Both the position numbers and the translations under genes were made by a program. From NCBI GenBank assembly GCA_951406725.2, contig OX597839.1, forward strand, positions 27,280,001-27,344,000: DNA of 64,000 nt, given 5' to 3'. Of this stretch, positions 27,485-39,662 are shown piece after piece. Below the pieces are notes generated by a model, which saw only the letters and a program-made list of their open reading frames with translations, had not been told where the DNA came from and did not search any database. The number at the start of each line of letters is the position of its first letter. Position 1 is the first letter of the stretch. The DNA is from Octopus vulgaris. Taxonomy: Eukaryota.

Positions 27485-27968
27485 AATCAAAATAAAAACA
27501 TGATGCCAAGGATTCAGCGGTACATATGTTTCGGGCCTTTATTAGACGGATTTATAACAATGCATAATGTGTGTCTATGGCGTTCTTCAGCCGCGCACAA
27601 TTACTACTTCAAGGACATGTATTACATTACAAGTTTTACGTTGGGGATGCAAATCCTCACAGTTGCGTACGACAGAGTGGGGCACCAGCACAAAAACGAA
27701 GCGTCCACCTCGAAGCGCTCATTCTACATCGAGTGAAAGACGAGATGGACGCTTCGTTTTTGTGCTGGTGCCCCACTCTGTCGTACGCAACTGTGAGGAT
27801 TTGCATCCCCAACGTAAAACTTATAATGTAATACATGTCCTTGAAGTAGTAATTGTACGCGGCTGAAGAACGCCATAGACACACATTATGCATTGTTATA
27901 AATCCGTCTAATAAAGGCCCGAAACATATGTACCGCTGAATCCTTGGCATCATGTTTTTATTTTGATT
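27485..27968. repeat. Near-perfect inverted repeat, 228-bp arms (27485-27712, 27741-27968), 28-nt spacer
   Basis: Arms differ at only 3 positions found by eye; mirrored ORFs appear in the track. Confidence 0.95.
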
Positions 27969-28070
27969 TATTTATATATATATAGATTTATTTATACATA
28001 TATATATATTTATTTATTTATATATATATATACACACACATAATACATACATAGATACAATATATATATA

Positions 28071-28447
28071 CACTTGCGTCAGAAATTAATTAGCACTTCT
28101 CAAATTTCTACATTAAATAGGTTAAATCAATTAACCTATGAGCTGTTCAAAACGTCTTACGCGATGAGAAAACTTAGTATGGTGTGATTTCGGTCCTTGC
28201 GAGGCGCTACCTATATCTATTAAACAAAGGAAGATTTGTCTGCATCCGCACTCCAAGTTGTTGTTGCACTGCTATGTCAACATCATAAGGCTGTAGACTC
28301 TCAAACTGCTCTGCAAACAAAGTTACGTCATCGTTCTGCGCAACAGTGAACTCGCAACAAAGCAATAGTTCGAGACATGGCCACTAGGTGACAGCACATA
28401 CCTTGAGTGAAGAGCAAATCAAGGGTGCTAATTAATTTCTGACGGTA

Positions 28448-28449
<2 letters not shown>
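28071..28449. mobile_element. Tc1/mariner-type MITE
   Basis: TIR core CGTCAGAAATTAATTAGCAC / GTGCTAATTAATTTCTGACG with TA flanks. Confidence 0.75.
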
Positions 28450-28481
<32 letters not shown>

Positions 28482-28483
<2 letters not shown>

Positions 28484-28831
28484 AGGCGCAATGGCCCAGT
28501 GGTTAGGGCAGCGGACTCGCAGTCATAGGATCGCGGTTTCGATTCCCAGACCGGGCGTTGTGAGTGTTTATTGAGCGAAAACACCTAAAGCGAGGCTCCG
28601 GCAGGGGATGGTGGTGATCCCTGCTGTACTCTTTCACCACAACTTTCTCTCACTCTTACTTCCAAGGGCCGGCCTTGTCACTCTCTGTGTCACGCTGAAT
28701 ATCCCCGAGAACTACGTTAAGGGTACACGTGTCTGTGGAGTGCTCAGCCACTTGCACATTAATTTCACGAGCAGGCTGTTCCGTTGATCGGATCAACCGG
28801 AACCCTCGTCGTCGTAACCGACGGAGTGCTT
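28482..28831 (+). mobile_element. SINE family B (tRNA-derived)
   Basis: GGAGGCGCAATGGCCCAGTGG..GGTTTCGATTCCC head; tail CGTCGTAACCGACGGAGTGCTTC. Confidence 0.9.
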
Positions 28832-29245
28832 CGAAACGCGGAGTAGATAAAACAGGGGACAACTGATGAAGGGGATGTTCTTTATGTTGCTTGTCTCGTT
28901 ACTCTGTTTCTTTCGGTGTTTCGAAAAAAGTTCGTTTTCTATGTTTTGCGTTTTTAATGTTCTCGTTTCTCATTTTGTCAACGTTTTTTTTATGTCCTGT
29001 ACCCATATAAGCATGTATATATACATACATATATAGGCATGTACATATATGTACGTATATATGCATACATTTATATATTATTTACATTATTATATGATCG
29101 AACGCCACGCATCCATTTCCATGTATGTATGTATATTATGTATATGTATGTATGAGAAAACGGAATATGTAATCGGTATATAATCGGTCCATATCATGCA
29201 CACGTGTTTCAGAAAACCACCAAAGCATTTGTTACCTGAGCTAAA

Positions 29246-29338
<93 letters not shown>

Positions 29339-30117
29339 ATATATATATATCATAGTGTGTATATATGTATACACACTCACATATAAATATATATGTATGT
29401 ATGTTTATATACAGATCTATGTATATATATATATATATACACATGCACATATATATGTTTACGCACACATGCATCTACGCACAACAAAATGCATTGCTTT
29501 CGCCTAACCTAGATTATGTTTACATAGAATCATCAACAGACAAGCTATAAACACGTTCACAGAACTGGTCTCCTTCCCTTTATAAAGTTCTTAATTTTTA
29601 AAACGCATCCAGCATGAAAGGGAATCTAGTTTCGTGTACAAGCAAGCAGCTTTGCTATCACTGACAGAACATTACTGAGAGAATCAAGTTACTTAGCGAT
29701 TTAGCTTATAAAATCTTTTTTTTAAAAAAATTGGAAAAGATAATAATATATATATATATTTACCAGAGTCGAAGGAATTCCATATTCATTATCATAGCAG
29801 CAGATGGTGTTTGTTTGTGTGTATAAATAACGTTTTTTGGTTTTATTTTGGAAAGAGAAAGATTGTTGAGAAAAGTGATATTCCCGTTTTAGAACAGCAT
29901 TACAAGTGAATTAATTTTGTGTCAACACCCTGTGATTACAACGTGTGAGGGTGTTTGTGTGTGTGTGTGTGTGTGAGGCGTGTGTGAGGCGTGTATGTAC
30001 ACACACATACATTCATATACGTACCCTTAGTGTTTGCTGATTTCTTACAACGTACATGGCCAGTTGTAACGACTTCCGTCTCTTCAAATTACAGTCATCA
30101 CCAATCTATCTATCTAG

Positions 30118-30149
<32 letters not shown>

Positions 30150-30199
30150 TTTTTTATTCTTTATTTTTTATTTTATTTACTTTTTTGTTCTTTTCTTCC

Positions 30200-30318
30200 C
30201 TTTTACGATCCCTACGCCACCCCCCCCTTTTTTTTGTTTTCTTCATCCCCCAAAAGAAAAGCTCTACCTTGTAACTTGTCCCATCTGTGTGCAGCCCTGT
30301 GTGGCCAATAAAGAAACT

Positions 30319-30358
<40 letters not shown>

Positions 30359-30565
30359 CGATCCCTATTGATCAATTTTTTTCCTCTCCCCCTTTTTTTT
30401 TGTCCTCTTTCTCTCCTTTTACGATCCCTTTTGATCGACCCCCCCCTTTTTTATTTATTTATTTATTTTTTTTTTATTATTTTTTTTTTTAAACCTTCAA
30501 AAGAAAAGCTCTACCTTGTAATTTGTTCTATCTGTGTGCAGCCCTGTGTGGCTAATAAAGAAACA
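30200..30565 (+). mobile_element. Two tandem 3' ends of the (TCTA)n-associated retroelement
   Basis: Units about 30200-30316 and 30358-30563, each followed by (TCTA)n. Confidence 0.6.
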
Positions 30566-30627
<62 letters not shown>

Positions 30628-31620
30628 CGTGTATATCTATCTATCTATCTATCTATCTACGTGTATATCTATCTATCTATCTATCTACGTGTATATCTAT
30701 ATATATATATATATATCTGTATATCTATCTGTATATCTATCTATTCTATCTAACTGTCAGTCTATCTATCTTGCTATCTATCTATCTAATCTTCCTGTCT
30801 GTTTCTTTATCGGTCTATCTAATTATCTGCCTGTCTGTCGTCTGTCGACCTGTCTATCTATCTGTCTGTCTATCTCGTGTCTGTCTATCGTATAATGATT
30901 TAAAATATAAACAACAGATACACATAAACACAAGCATGGCTGTATTGTAAAGAAGTTCGCCAGGCATTTTAAAGGTGGAACGTTGTTGACGATATGGATC
31001 CCCGTATTGATCGCGAAATGATGTAAAACAAAGTTGACCTCGCCATTATTTGAACCCAGAAAGTAAAAGACCCTAACTGAACACTGTAAACCGTTCCTTT
31101 CCTGCCCTTCTTCAGATTCTGATAATCCACCGCTCTCAGCTTCTTTCTATGTTAATGGTTCTCAACTGGGGTCTGTATGACCCCAGGGAGTTCATGTAAG
31201 ATTTTTAGGGGCCCAAACAAGCAAAATAGTAAAAGGGGAGACCCACATTAGAATTCTAAGGGTCCATGAAAAAATTTTGCTTTCGATATATCTTTATTGT
31301 ACAAAACGACTAAGTTTCTTTCTAAACCGTTTTAAAGATGTTTCCAGCCATTGGTACTCTCTGGGAGTTCCATTGCAAATCTACACAAATGAATGGGTGA
31401 AAAACAAAAAAAAAAAAAATTCGAAAGAGGAATCTGTAAAGCTAGTTTTTAAACATCAAATGGCTTATGAGGATCCACCAGAATAAACTAGTGGTCCGCA
31501 GGTTACCAAGTTCTACTGTAAGCCTACCCTGGCACTTGTTATTTTCTTATAAAGCCTGGTACTTATTCTGTCGGAATGTTTTGATGAACTGCTAAGTTAC
31601 GGGAACGTAGACACACAAAT

Positions 31621-31857
31621 ACCTATTTCTTTATTACCCACAAGGGGCTAAACATAGAGGGGACAAACACGGACAGACATAGGTATTAAGTCGATTACAT
31701 CGACCCCAGTGCGTAACTGGTACTTAATTTATCGACCCCGAAAGGATGAAAGGCCAAAGTCGACCTCGGCGGAATTTGAACTCAGAACGTAGCGGTAGAC
31801 GAAATACCGCTCAGCATTTCGCCCGGCGCGCTAACGTTTCTGCCAGCTCGCCGCCTT
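31621..31857 (-). mobile_element. SINE family C, full length, nested in a family A remnant
   Basis: Family A sequence GACACACAAATACC is duplicated on both sides. Confidence 0.85.
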
Positions 31858-31906
31858 AAGAAGACACACAAATACCGGTTATAAAGCGGTACTGGGGGGA
31901 CAAAAA

Positions 31907-31978
<72 letters not shown>

Positions 31979-31999
31979 TGTGTGTGTGTGTGTGATTGC

Positions 32000-32520
32000 T
32001 TCATCTTGACTGATGATAGCCGTCCCATCAACACACATCTCACCTCCACCACACAGCACAATCCCTCTGTTATTGAGTCCTCAGATGACTGACAGTGTTT
32101 AAAACACAAGCGACAAATATTATTCAAGTTTCTTCTATGTCTTTGCCTCTTTGGAATCTGATTCCGAAGGAATTTTTTTCTGTGAACTAGCATATGTCTT
32201 TGAAGTTCAGATATTGTCTTACAAGTTTTGTGACATGTGACACAAGTCGTAAGAGGCGGTTGGTGTCCAAGATCGTTACCTATCAGGGCATTACGATTTT
32301 TATGTGACTTCATATGATTCACGTATCCCGCTTTTGACAACAGGACACGATCACACATAATACACACCCCATGTTCACTGTTGATTACCGTTCCAATTGT
32401 TCCTTTGCGACAGCCCCTTTTAGGGTCAGATTGTTGAATCATCTTTTCCTCCCAGGCATTGCAACCGGTCCTGACAGCACCCCTCGACTGGTTCCGATCT
32501 GGAACATCAATTTCCCAATC
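32000..32520 (-). pseudogene. RTE-clade LINE 3' end with three C2H2 zinc fingers
   Basis: DWEIDVPDRNQSRGAVRTGCNAWEEKMIQQSDPKRGCRKG (RTE-like WE..A.DR..WR motif), then CIMC..NHMKSH, CVTC..RHMLVH, CRLC, ending in a (CA)n tract. Confidence 0.75.
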
Positions 32521-32525
32521 ACTTT

Positions 32526-32562
<37 letters not shown>

Positions 32563-32575
32563 TATACTATATATA

Positions 32576-32992
32576 TCTTTATATATAAAATTGAAGTTGT
32601 GTGTGTGAGACTCTGCTGTCTCCTACGATTTAGATTCCTAACTACTCCCACATTTTGCAGTGCAGTTTAACCAAAACCGGGTATCTTATAGTTGTGATTC
32701 ATATCAAGCCCTTCTGGGTATTAGCGCGCGTCTACGATGAGTCTACGATTTAAAAAAAAATTTACCATCATTTTTTCCATTTTAATGCATTTTTTCGCTA
32801 TCATATAAGGGAAGTAACTCTCTAAAAATGTCTACGATGAGTCAACGATTTAAAAAAAAATTACCATAATTTTTTTTCCATTTTTTTTCATTTTTAATGC
32901 ATTTTTTTGCTATTTTTTGGCTATAACTCTATAAAAATGCTTATATAGTTATTTCCCTTACAAACCCGAGCAACGCCGGGCGATACTGCTAG
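32576..32992 (+). mobile_element. Non-autonomous Helitron
   Basis: 5' TCTTTATATATAAA, 3' hairpin CCCGAGCAACGCCGGG then CTAG, between A and T. Confidence 0.8.
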
Positions 32993-33577
32993 TATATATA
33001 TATATATGTAGTTGAAATTTATTTGACGTCTATCTTTAGCATATTAGGAATCCACTTTAGAGGTAATTCCTCTGATTAATTGTTATATATATGTATATAT
33101 ATGTATGTATTTGCTATTTGTGTCTGTGTTCGTCACCCCTCCCCACCATTGCTTGACAACCGATGCTGGTGTGTTTACATCTCCGTAACTTAGCGGCTCG
33201 GCAAAAGAAGTTCCGATAGAATAAGTACTAAGCTTACAAAGAATAAGTCCAGGGTTCGATTTGTTCGATAAAGGTGGTGCTCCAGCATGGCCGCAGTCAA
33301 ATGACTGAAACCAGTAAAAGAATAAAAGAATAGACATATATATATATATATATGCGTATATATATACATGTGTATATATTTAACAATATACATATATATC
33401 CATATGCATATATTTAATGATATACTATGTATTTGATTGTCATGGGCTTCTTTCAGTTTCCGTCTATGAAATCCACCAGCAAGTCTTCTGTTGGCTCGAG
33501 GCTATTGCCAAAGGCACTTACCCAAGGCGCTACGCAGTGAGACTAAACCACACAGCCATGCCTGCGCCTATATATTG

Positions 33578-33801
33578 AACTGGCAGAGACGTTAGCACGC
33601 CGGGCGAAGTACTTCGCGGTATTTCGCCCGTTGCTACGTTCTGAGTTCGAATTCCGCCGAGGTCGACTTTGCCTTTCATCCTTTCGGGGGTCGATAAATT
33701 AAGTACCAGTTACGCACTGGGGTCGATGTAATCGACTTAATCCGTTTGTCTGTCCTCGTTTGTCCCCTCTGTGTTTAGCCCCTTGTGGGTAGTAAAGAAA
33801 C
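33578..33801 (+). mobile_element. SINE family C
   Basis: Matches the family consensus. Confidence 0.85.
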
Positions 33802-34166
33802 ATATATATTGAAAAAAAAAAATATTTCACCTGAATTAGGATCGAACTCAGATCCTCCTGGTTGTAAATGGAACGCCTTAACCAAGTCGCCACCATGCTT
33901 TGTCGTCTGCCAGCAGTTTATAACTGAAGAGGTTGATGGACGACATCTCAGTCGCTCACCTTCTGGCTAAATTTATTTTTCTTTTCCGATGTTAAAGTGA
34001 TTGCAGACAGAAGGAAGGTCGTGTTTATGTTTGCAGATGGTGTGTGAATGTCCGGACAATGAAAATCTTCCTACACAAAATCTATACAACAGGTAAGACT
34101 ATCCGGTCGTTAACCTGAAAAATATTTTCTCCGATAACCACTTCTATTAAAAATATTGGATTATTG

Positions 34167-34198
<32 letters not shown>

Positions 34199-35063
34199 CG
34201 TTGTGGAGGAAAAGAATAGGGAGAGTATGGAAATTCGTTGTGAGGATTCGACGTATGAAAAGTCGCTGGGAAAGATCCCTGTGAACCAAGGTAAAAAAAC
34301 CCAAAAAACAACTGCAATCGGAGTTGAGTGATTTAGAAGCTTGCTTCCCAATCGTGTGATCCTGAGTTCAGTCCCGTTGCTTGGCACCATGGGCAAATAT
34401 CTTCTACTATTGTCCTGGGCCGACCAAACCTTGTGAGTGGATTTGGTTGACGGAAACTGAAAGAAGCCCGTCGTATATATGTATATTAGAAGAAATGAGG
34501 TACTCAGAAGATCGGATGGTTTATATTTACAGATATTTATTTGTATATTACATTTTTTATATATATATCATATCACTTGGATCATTAGCGCTTTCTCCCA
34601 TTCTAGTGGGGTTTTCAAATCAAACTAAGTTCCTGTGTGAGGGTTTTTTTACCATTTTATAGAGTTTTGTAGTGGTGGGGAGGAATATAAGACAGTACAA
34701 GAGGGTGATGGATGAGGAGAAAGTGAGAGAGAGAGCATGTGTGTGTGTTTTTGTATCTGGGATGAGTGCTAAAGAGAAAGAGGGGAAGGGAGAGGGAAGA
34801 AGAAGAAAAGAATATTTTTGGTCTGCTGGACAGAATTTTGACTCCAAAGGGGTTCTAAGGCCTTAGGAAAAAAAGAAAGAATTTTAGTTTTGACCACTTC
34901 ACAGTGTCACTGAGTGTGTGGTGGCGGGGAGGCAGGCCATAAATTATATTTCCTTTTATCATTGTGAGAGAGAGTGTGTGTGTTTAATGGTCAAATGCTT
35001 TTTTGGGTTTGAGAATTCTTTCCACTTTTTATGATCGTTTTGTGGAGGTGTGTGTGTGTGTCC

Positions 35064-35095
<32 letters not shown>

Positions 35096-35588
35096 GTGGG
35101 TGTCTGTGAGTTTGGAGAAGGGAAGAGAGAAAAAAGGGAAGGAAGGGGAAAAAATTGTGTTGATATTTATACCATTATATATATATACATGCTTATACAT
35201 GAAATATTAGGAAAAAAACCCAAAAAAAACACCTTTTATCGATTCAAAATGAACAATTAAATTACACCATCTTGAAAATTGCATTCATAGGAAAGTTAAA
35301 ATCAAAATGACAATTAAAAAGTAAGGATTAAGTAAATTACAAAAATAATATAATGTATATAACAGGTAATATATATATATATATATACACACACATATAC
35401 TAAATGTTCTACTATATTATATTGTAAATCGAAAGATTTGTCCTTCAATGTATGATGAGTAAAATTTCAGCCATTTAATTTGGGGGAGAACTTAGCTATG
35501 AAATATTTTTCCATATTCCTCCTGAAAGAGGTGTCGTTCTTCGGACATTTGTAGAAGGCAAAGATCTTAAACTTTCCTTCTCCATATG

Positions 35589-35602
<14 letters not shown>

Positions 35603-35644
<42 letters not shown>

Positions 35645-36380
35645 TATGTCTGTGTTTGTCCCCCCACCAACATCGCTTGACAACCGATTCTGGTGTGTTG
35701 ACGTCCCCGTCACTTAGCGGTTCGGCAAAAGAGACCGATAGAATAAGTACTGGGCTTACAAAGAATAAGTCCTGGGGTCGATTTGCTCGACTAAAGGCGG
35801 TGCTCCAGCATGGCCGCAGTCACATGACTGAAACAAGTAAGAGTAAAAGAGCAATATATGCACATATATATACAATAATCCATCGACTATACACACACAT
35901 ATATACAGGGGGTGTATGTGTGTATAATTGTATTTTTTAAAAGCCAAAACAATGCAATTTATAAAAACAATAAAGGGTCATAGTTTTTTTACCTGGCATT
36001 TCAATATTTCAGGCTTAGGGTCCGCAGGAAATCTTGGAATGCTAAAGCACCGCAAATCGAGCCCTTGAATTATTCTTTGTAAACCTGGTACTTATTTTAT
36101 CTGTCTCTATGACCGAATCACTAAGTTACAGGGACGTAAACACACCAACATCGGTTGTCAAGAAATGGTGGTGGTGGTGGGGGGGGGGGACAAAGACAGT
36201 CATATATACAAATATATATGCGACGGGCTTCTTTCATTCTCCGTCTACCCAATCTACTCACACTGCTTTGGTCGGCCCGAGGCTATAGTAGACGACACTT
36301 ACCCGAGGTGGCATACGATGGGACCAAACCCGGAACCATGTGGTTGGGAAGCAAGCTACTTACCACACAACCACTCTTGC

Positions 36381-36383
<3 letters not shown>
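35603..36383. mobile_element. SINE family A 3' half (+, 35603-35851) and a diverged copy (-, 36055-36383)
   Basis: Matches the family consensus. Confidence 0.8.
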
Positions 36384-36431
<48 letters not shown>

Positions 36432-36637
36432 GGATCAAGGCGCAACCATTCTAGGTTCGGCTGGCCTTTTGAAATACAGGTACTACTCATTTTTTGCCAG
36501 CTGAGTGCAGGAACATGAAATAAAGTGTCTTGCTCAAGTGTAAAGTGCACCGTTGGGAATCGAACTCCGGATTGTAAGTCGAATATTCTAACCACTTAGC
36601 TACAGTGCTACATGCATAAAGGCATACATATGTTGTT

Positions 36638-37023
36638 GGAAGCACTTCGTCGGTTACGACGACGAGGGTTCCGGTTGATCCGGATCAACGGAACAGCCTG
36701 CTCGTGAAATTAACGCGCAAGTGGCTGAGCACTCCACAGACACGTGTACCCTTAACGCAGTTCTCGGGGATATTCAGCGTGACACAGAGAGTGACAAGGC
36801 CGGCCCTTTGAAATACAGGTACAACAGAAACAGGAAGTAAGAGTGAGAGAAAGTTGTGGTGAAAGAGTACTGCAGGGATCACCACCATCCCCTGCCGGAG
36901 CCTCGTGGAGCTTTTTTAGGTGTTTTCGCTCAATAAACACTCACAACGCCCGGTCTGGGAATCGAAACCGCGATCCTATGACCGCGAGTCCGCGGCCCTA
37001 ACCACTGGGCCATTGCGCCTCCA
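36638..37023 (-). mobile_element. SINE family B, full length
   Basis: Reverse complement of the 28482 copy. Confidence 0.9.
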
Positions 37024-37243
37024 CAATACATAAGTATTTACACGGGGAGACAGTAAGAAAGAATACGTGAGAAAATGAAACGAGTCCACTGACAGGAATC
37101 GAACCACATATTTGGAACTTACTGACTGGCTGTACTACCTATTACTCAACAAAGCGGCCGACAATCCTTCTCTTTGAAATTAGATACGTGAATGGATTTA
37201 TTTATTCCGATTTTGTTTAACTGTGTTATTTTGATCTCTGCAG

Positions 37244-37297
37244 GCCAATGGCAACCAGCCAATTATGTAGCAAAACAGGCGAGGCCAAACTCCGTCT
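37244..37297 (+). CDS. Candidate 54-bp internal exon ([18 protein letters not shown]), gene unknown
   Basis: TTATTTTGATCTCTGCAG acceptor, GTACGT donor, frame-preserving length, non-repetitive sequence. Confidence 0.25.
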
Positions 37298-37328
37298 GTA
37301 CGTATATATGTGTATATGTATATAGGTT

Positions 37329-37372
<44 letters not shown>

Positions 37373-37766
37373 CCTATGTATGTACGAATACATCCATGTA
37401 TGTAGGTATGTATATATATATATATCTGAATATATGTATATATATGCATGTATCTATGTATATACATATTATATATTATGCATGTATGTATGTATATATG
37501 CATGTGTATATATATCTATATGTATGTATATATAAATGTATGTATGTATATATAAATGTATGTATATATGTATGCATGTATGTATATATATATGTATGTA
37601 TATATGTATGCATATATGTATGTATATATGTATATACATCAGTATGTATATATGTATGCATATATGTATGTATATATGTATATACATCAGTATGTATATA
37701 TGTATGCAATATATGTATGTATATATGTATATACATCAGTATGTATGTATATATGTATATACATCA

Positions 37767-37802
<36 letters not shown>

Positions 37803-37973
37803 TTATGCATATATATATATATGTATTTATGCATATATATATATATGTATTTATGCATATATATATATATGTATTTATGCATATATATATATATGTATTT
37901 ATGCATATATATATATGTATTTATGCATATATATATATATATATGTATTTATGCATATATATATATGTATTTA

Positions 37974-38008
<35 letters not shown>

Positions 38009-39113
38009 TTCTCTCTCTCTCTTTCTCTCTGCATATATATATGCATATATACATCTGTGTATGTGTGTGACTATATTTACTGCATTGTATAATTAGGTTT
38101 ACATCCTTTCGGGTTGTTTATTGGGTATTTAGTTCCTAATAAAACGATGCCCATTGCGCTACACGTCTATATATGCTTTCTTATTTACCATACAATATCC
38201 TTTTTATTTACGTAATAAAGGCTTTCGTACAAAATCAAGAATGTTCTATTTGCCAATTTCTATACCAAGCCGGATATTTCAACTTAGATGAGAATGTCTG
38301 GGAGAAAGAATTTACGTCACTGAGGAGACCAAACCAGGTCGAAACATTGGTATCTGAGCATCCGCCCGCAAACATACCGAAGTCCTTTTGAGAAATTTCT
38401 GTACAATAGAATATGACAGCTAGCGGCGTTCGGCAGAATCGTTACCGCGTAGAAAAAAAATGCTCAGCGGCTTTTCTTCCCGTTCTGAGTTCAAATCCCG
38501 TGAAGGTCTTACTTTACAATACCTTGAGGTCGTTACCTTTCAATATTTTGAGATCAATATAGTAAAGTACCAGTCAAGTACAGAGATCTGCGTGGCATCT
38601 TGGGCAAATGCCTTCTGCTATAGCCTCGGATCGACCAAAGCCTTGTGAGTGGATTTGGTAGACGGAAACTAAGAGAAGCCCGTCGTATATATATATATAT
38701 ATATATATATATACGTGTGTGTATGTGTGTTTGTGTCCACACCCTTTGTCAAACGGTGCTGGTGTGTTTAGGCCTCCACAACTTAACGGTTCAGCAAATA
38801 AAATCGATAGAATAAGTACCTGACTTTAAAAAATAAATACCCGGTTCGATATATTCGACTAAAACGTCTTCAATGCGGTGCCCCAGCTTTGAAAAACGTG
38901 AAAACTTTTTCGTGAAAAATTTATTTCAGATTCCTACCTTTAACAGAGATTCCGAATATGCAAAAATATTAACAGAATCCAATTTCATCACACTGAAACA
39001 CAGGCAAACATCACATGCACGTATATACATATATCCATCTATTGATGGATACATTGATGCATACATTGAGACACACACATATTGATGTTTGCTTCTATGC
39101 TTATAATAGCTTG

Positions 39114-39160
<47 letters not shown>

Positions 39161-39164
<4 letters not shown>

Positions 39165-39550
39165 GAATATTTTAAAGAGACACTCATTATCGCTATGGGC
39201 TCCGTGTGAGCAATCATCTAAAAGTTTTTTGTGCATTTTGATGTTGACATAACTTCCTTGCTTTTCCTGATGAGAAAGCGGCATAATGTACTCCTTATTC
39301 CTTCGCAATTAGGAATATGCAGCCTTCGAAACATATGTCGAAAATAAAGGAAATTTGTTAATTCGTCGTTTAACTGCATTCTTTCATATATTTATATTTT
39401 TGAAATAAACATAAAAATTTTCACACGAAAGCACGTAATCTGTGCCCTAGGCACGTAACTTCAACCGTGTTTTTTCTGATGTGAATTTGCTCCCCAGGTA
39501 TCGGTTAATTCGAATTATCCATAATAAGATAATTCATTCAACTACTCAAA
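39161..39550 (+). mobile_element. About 390-bp non-coding unit between two (TA)n tracts carrying a hammerhead ribozyme
   Basis: Sharp (TA)n boundaries; HHR at 39262-39344; AATAAA at 39404. Confidence 0.55.
39262..39344 (+). ncRNA. Type I hammerhead ribozyme, intact core
   Basis: TTTTC / CTGATGA / stem II GAAAGCGGCATA:TATGCAGCCTTC (10 of 12 bp) / GAAA / AC-ATAT-GT stem III / GTC triplet / GAAAA. Confidence 0.88.
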
Positions 39551-39570
39551 TATATATATATCTATATCTA

Positions 39571-39662
<92 letters not shown>

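Noticed and set aside
27470-27953. Mirrored 88-99 aa ORFs
   Set aside because: A by-product of the inverted repeat; no recognisable protein
28863-28930. CTGATGAAGGGG..CGAAA as a hammerhead
   Set aside because: No pairing stem II or stem III found
33826-33897. tRNA-like sequence on - strand (also about 37085-37160 and all SINE heads)
   Set aside because: A and B boxes are present but no convincing cloverleaf or acceptor stem; likely SINE heads or relics
34582-34622. TTGAAAA-CCCCA..TGGGA-GAAAGCGCTA on - strand, hammerhead-shaped
   Set aside because: Two core substitutions and a broken stem I; cannot be supported without a family consensus
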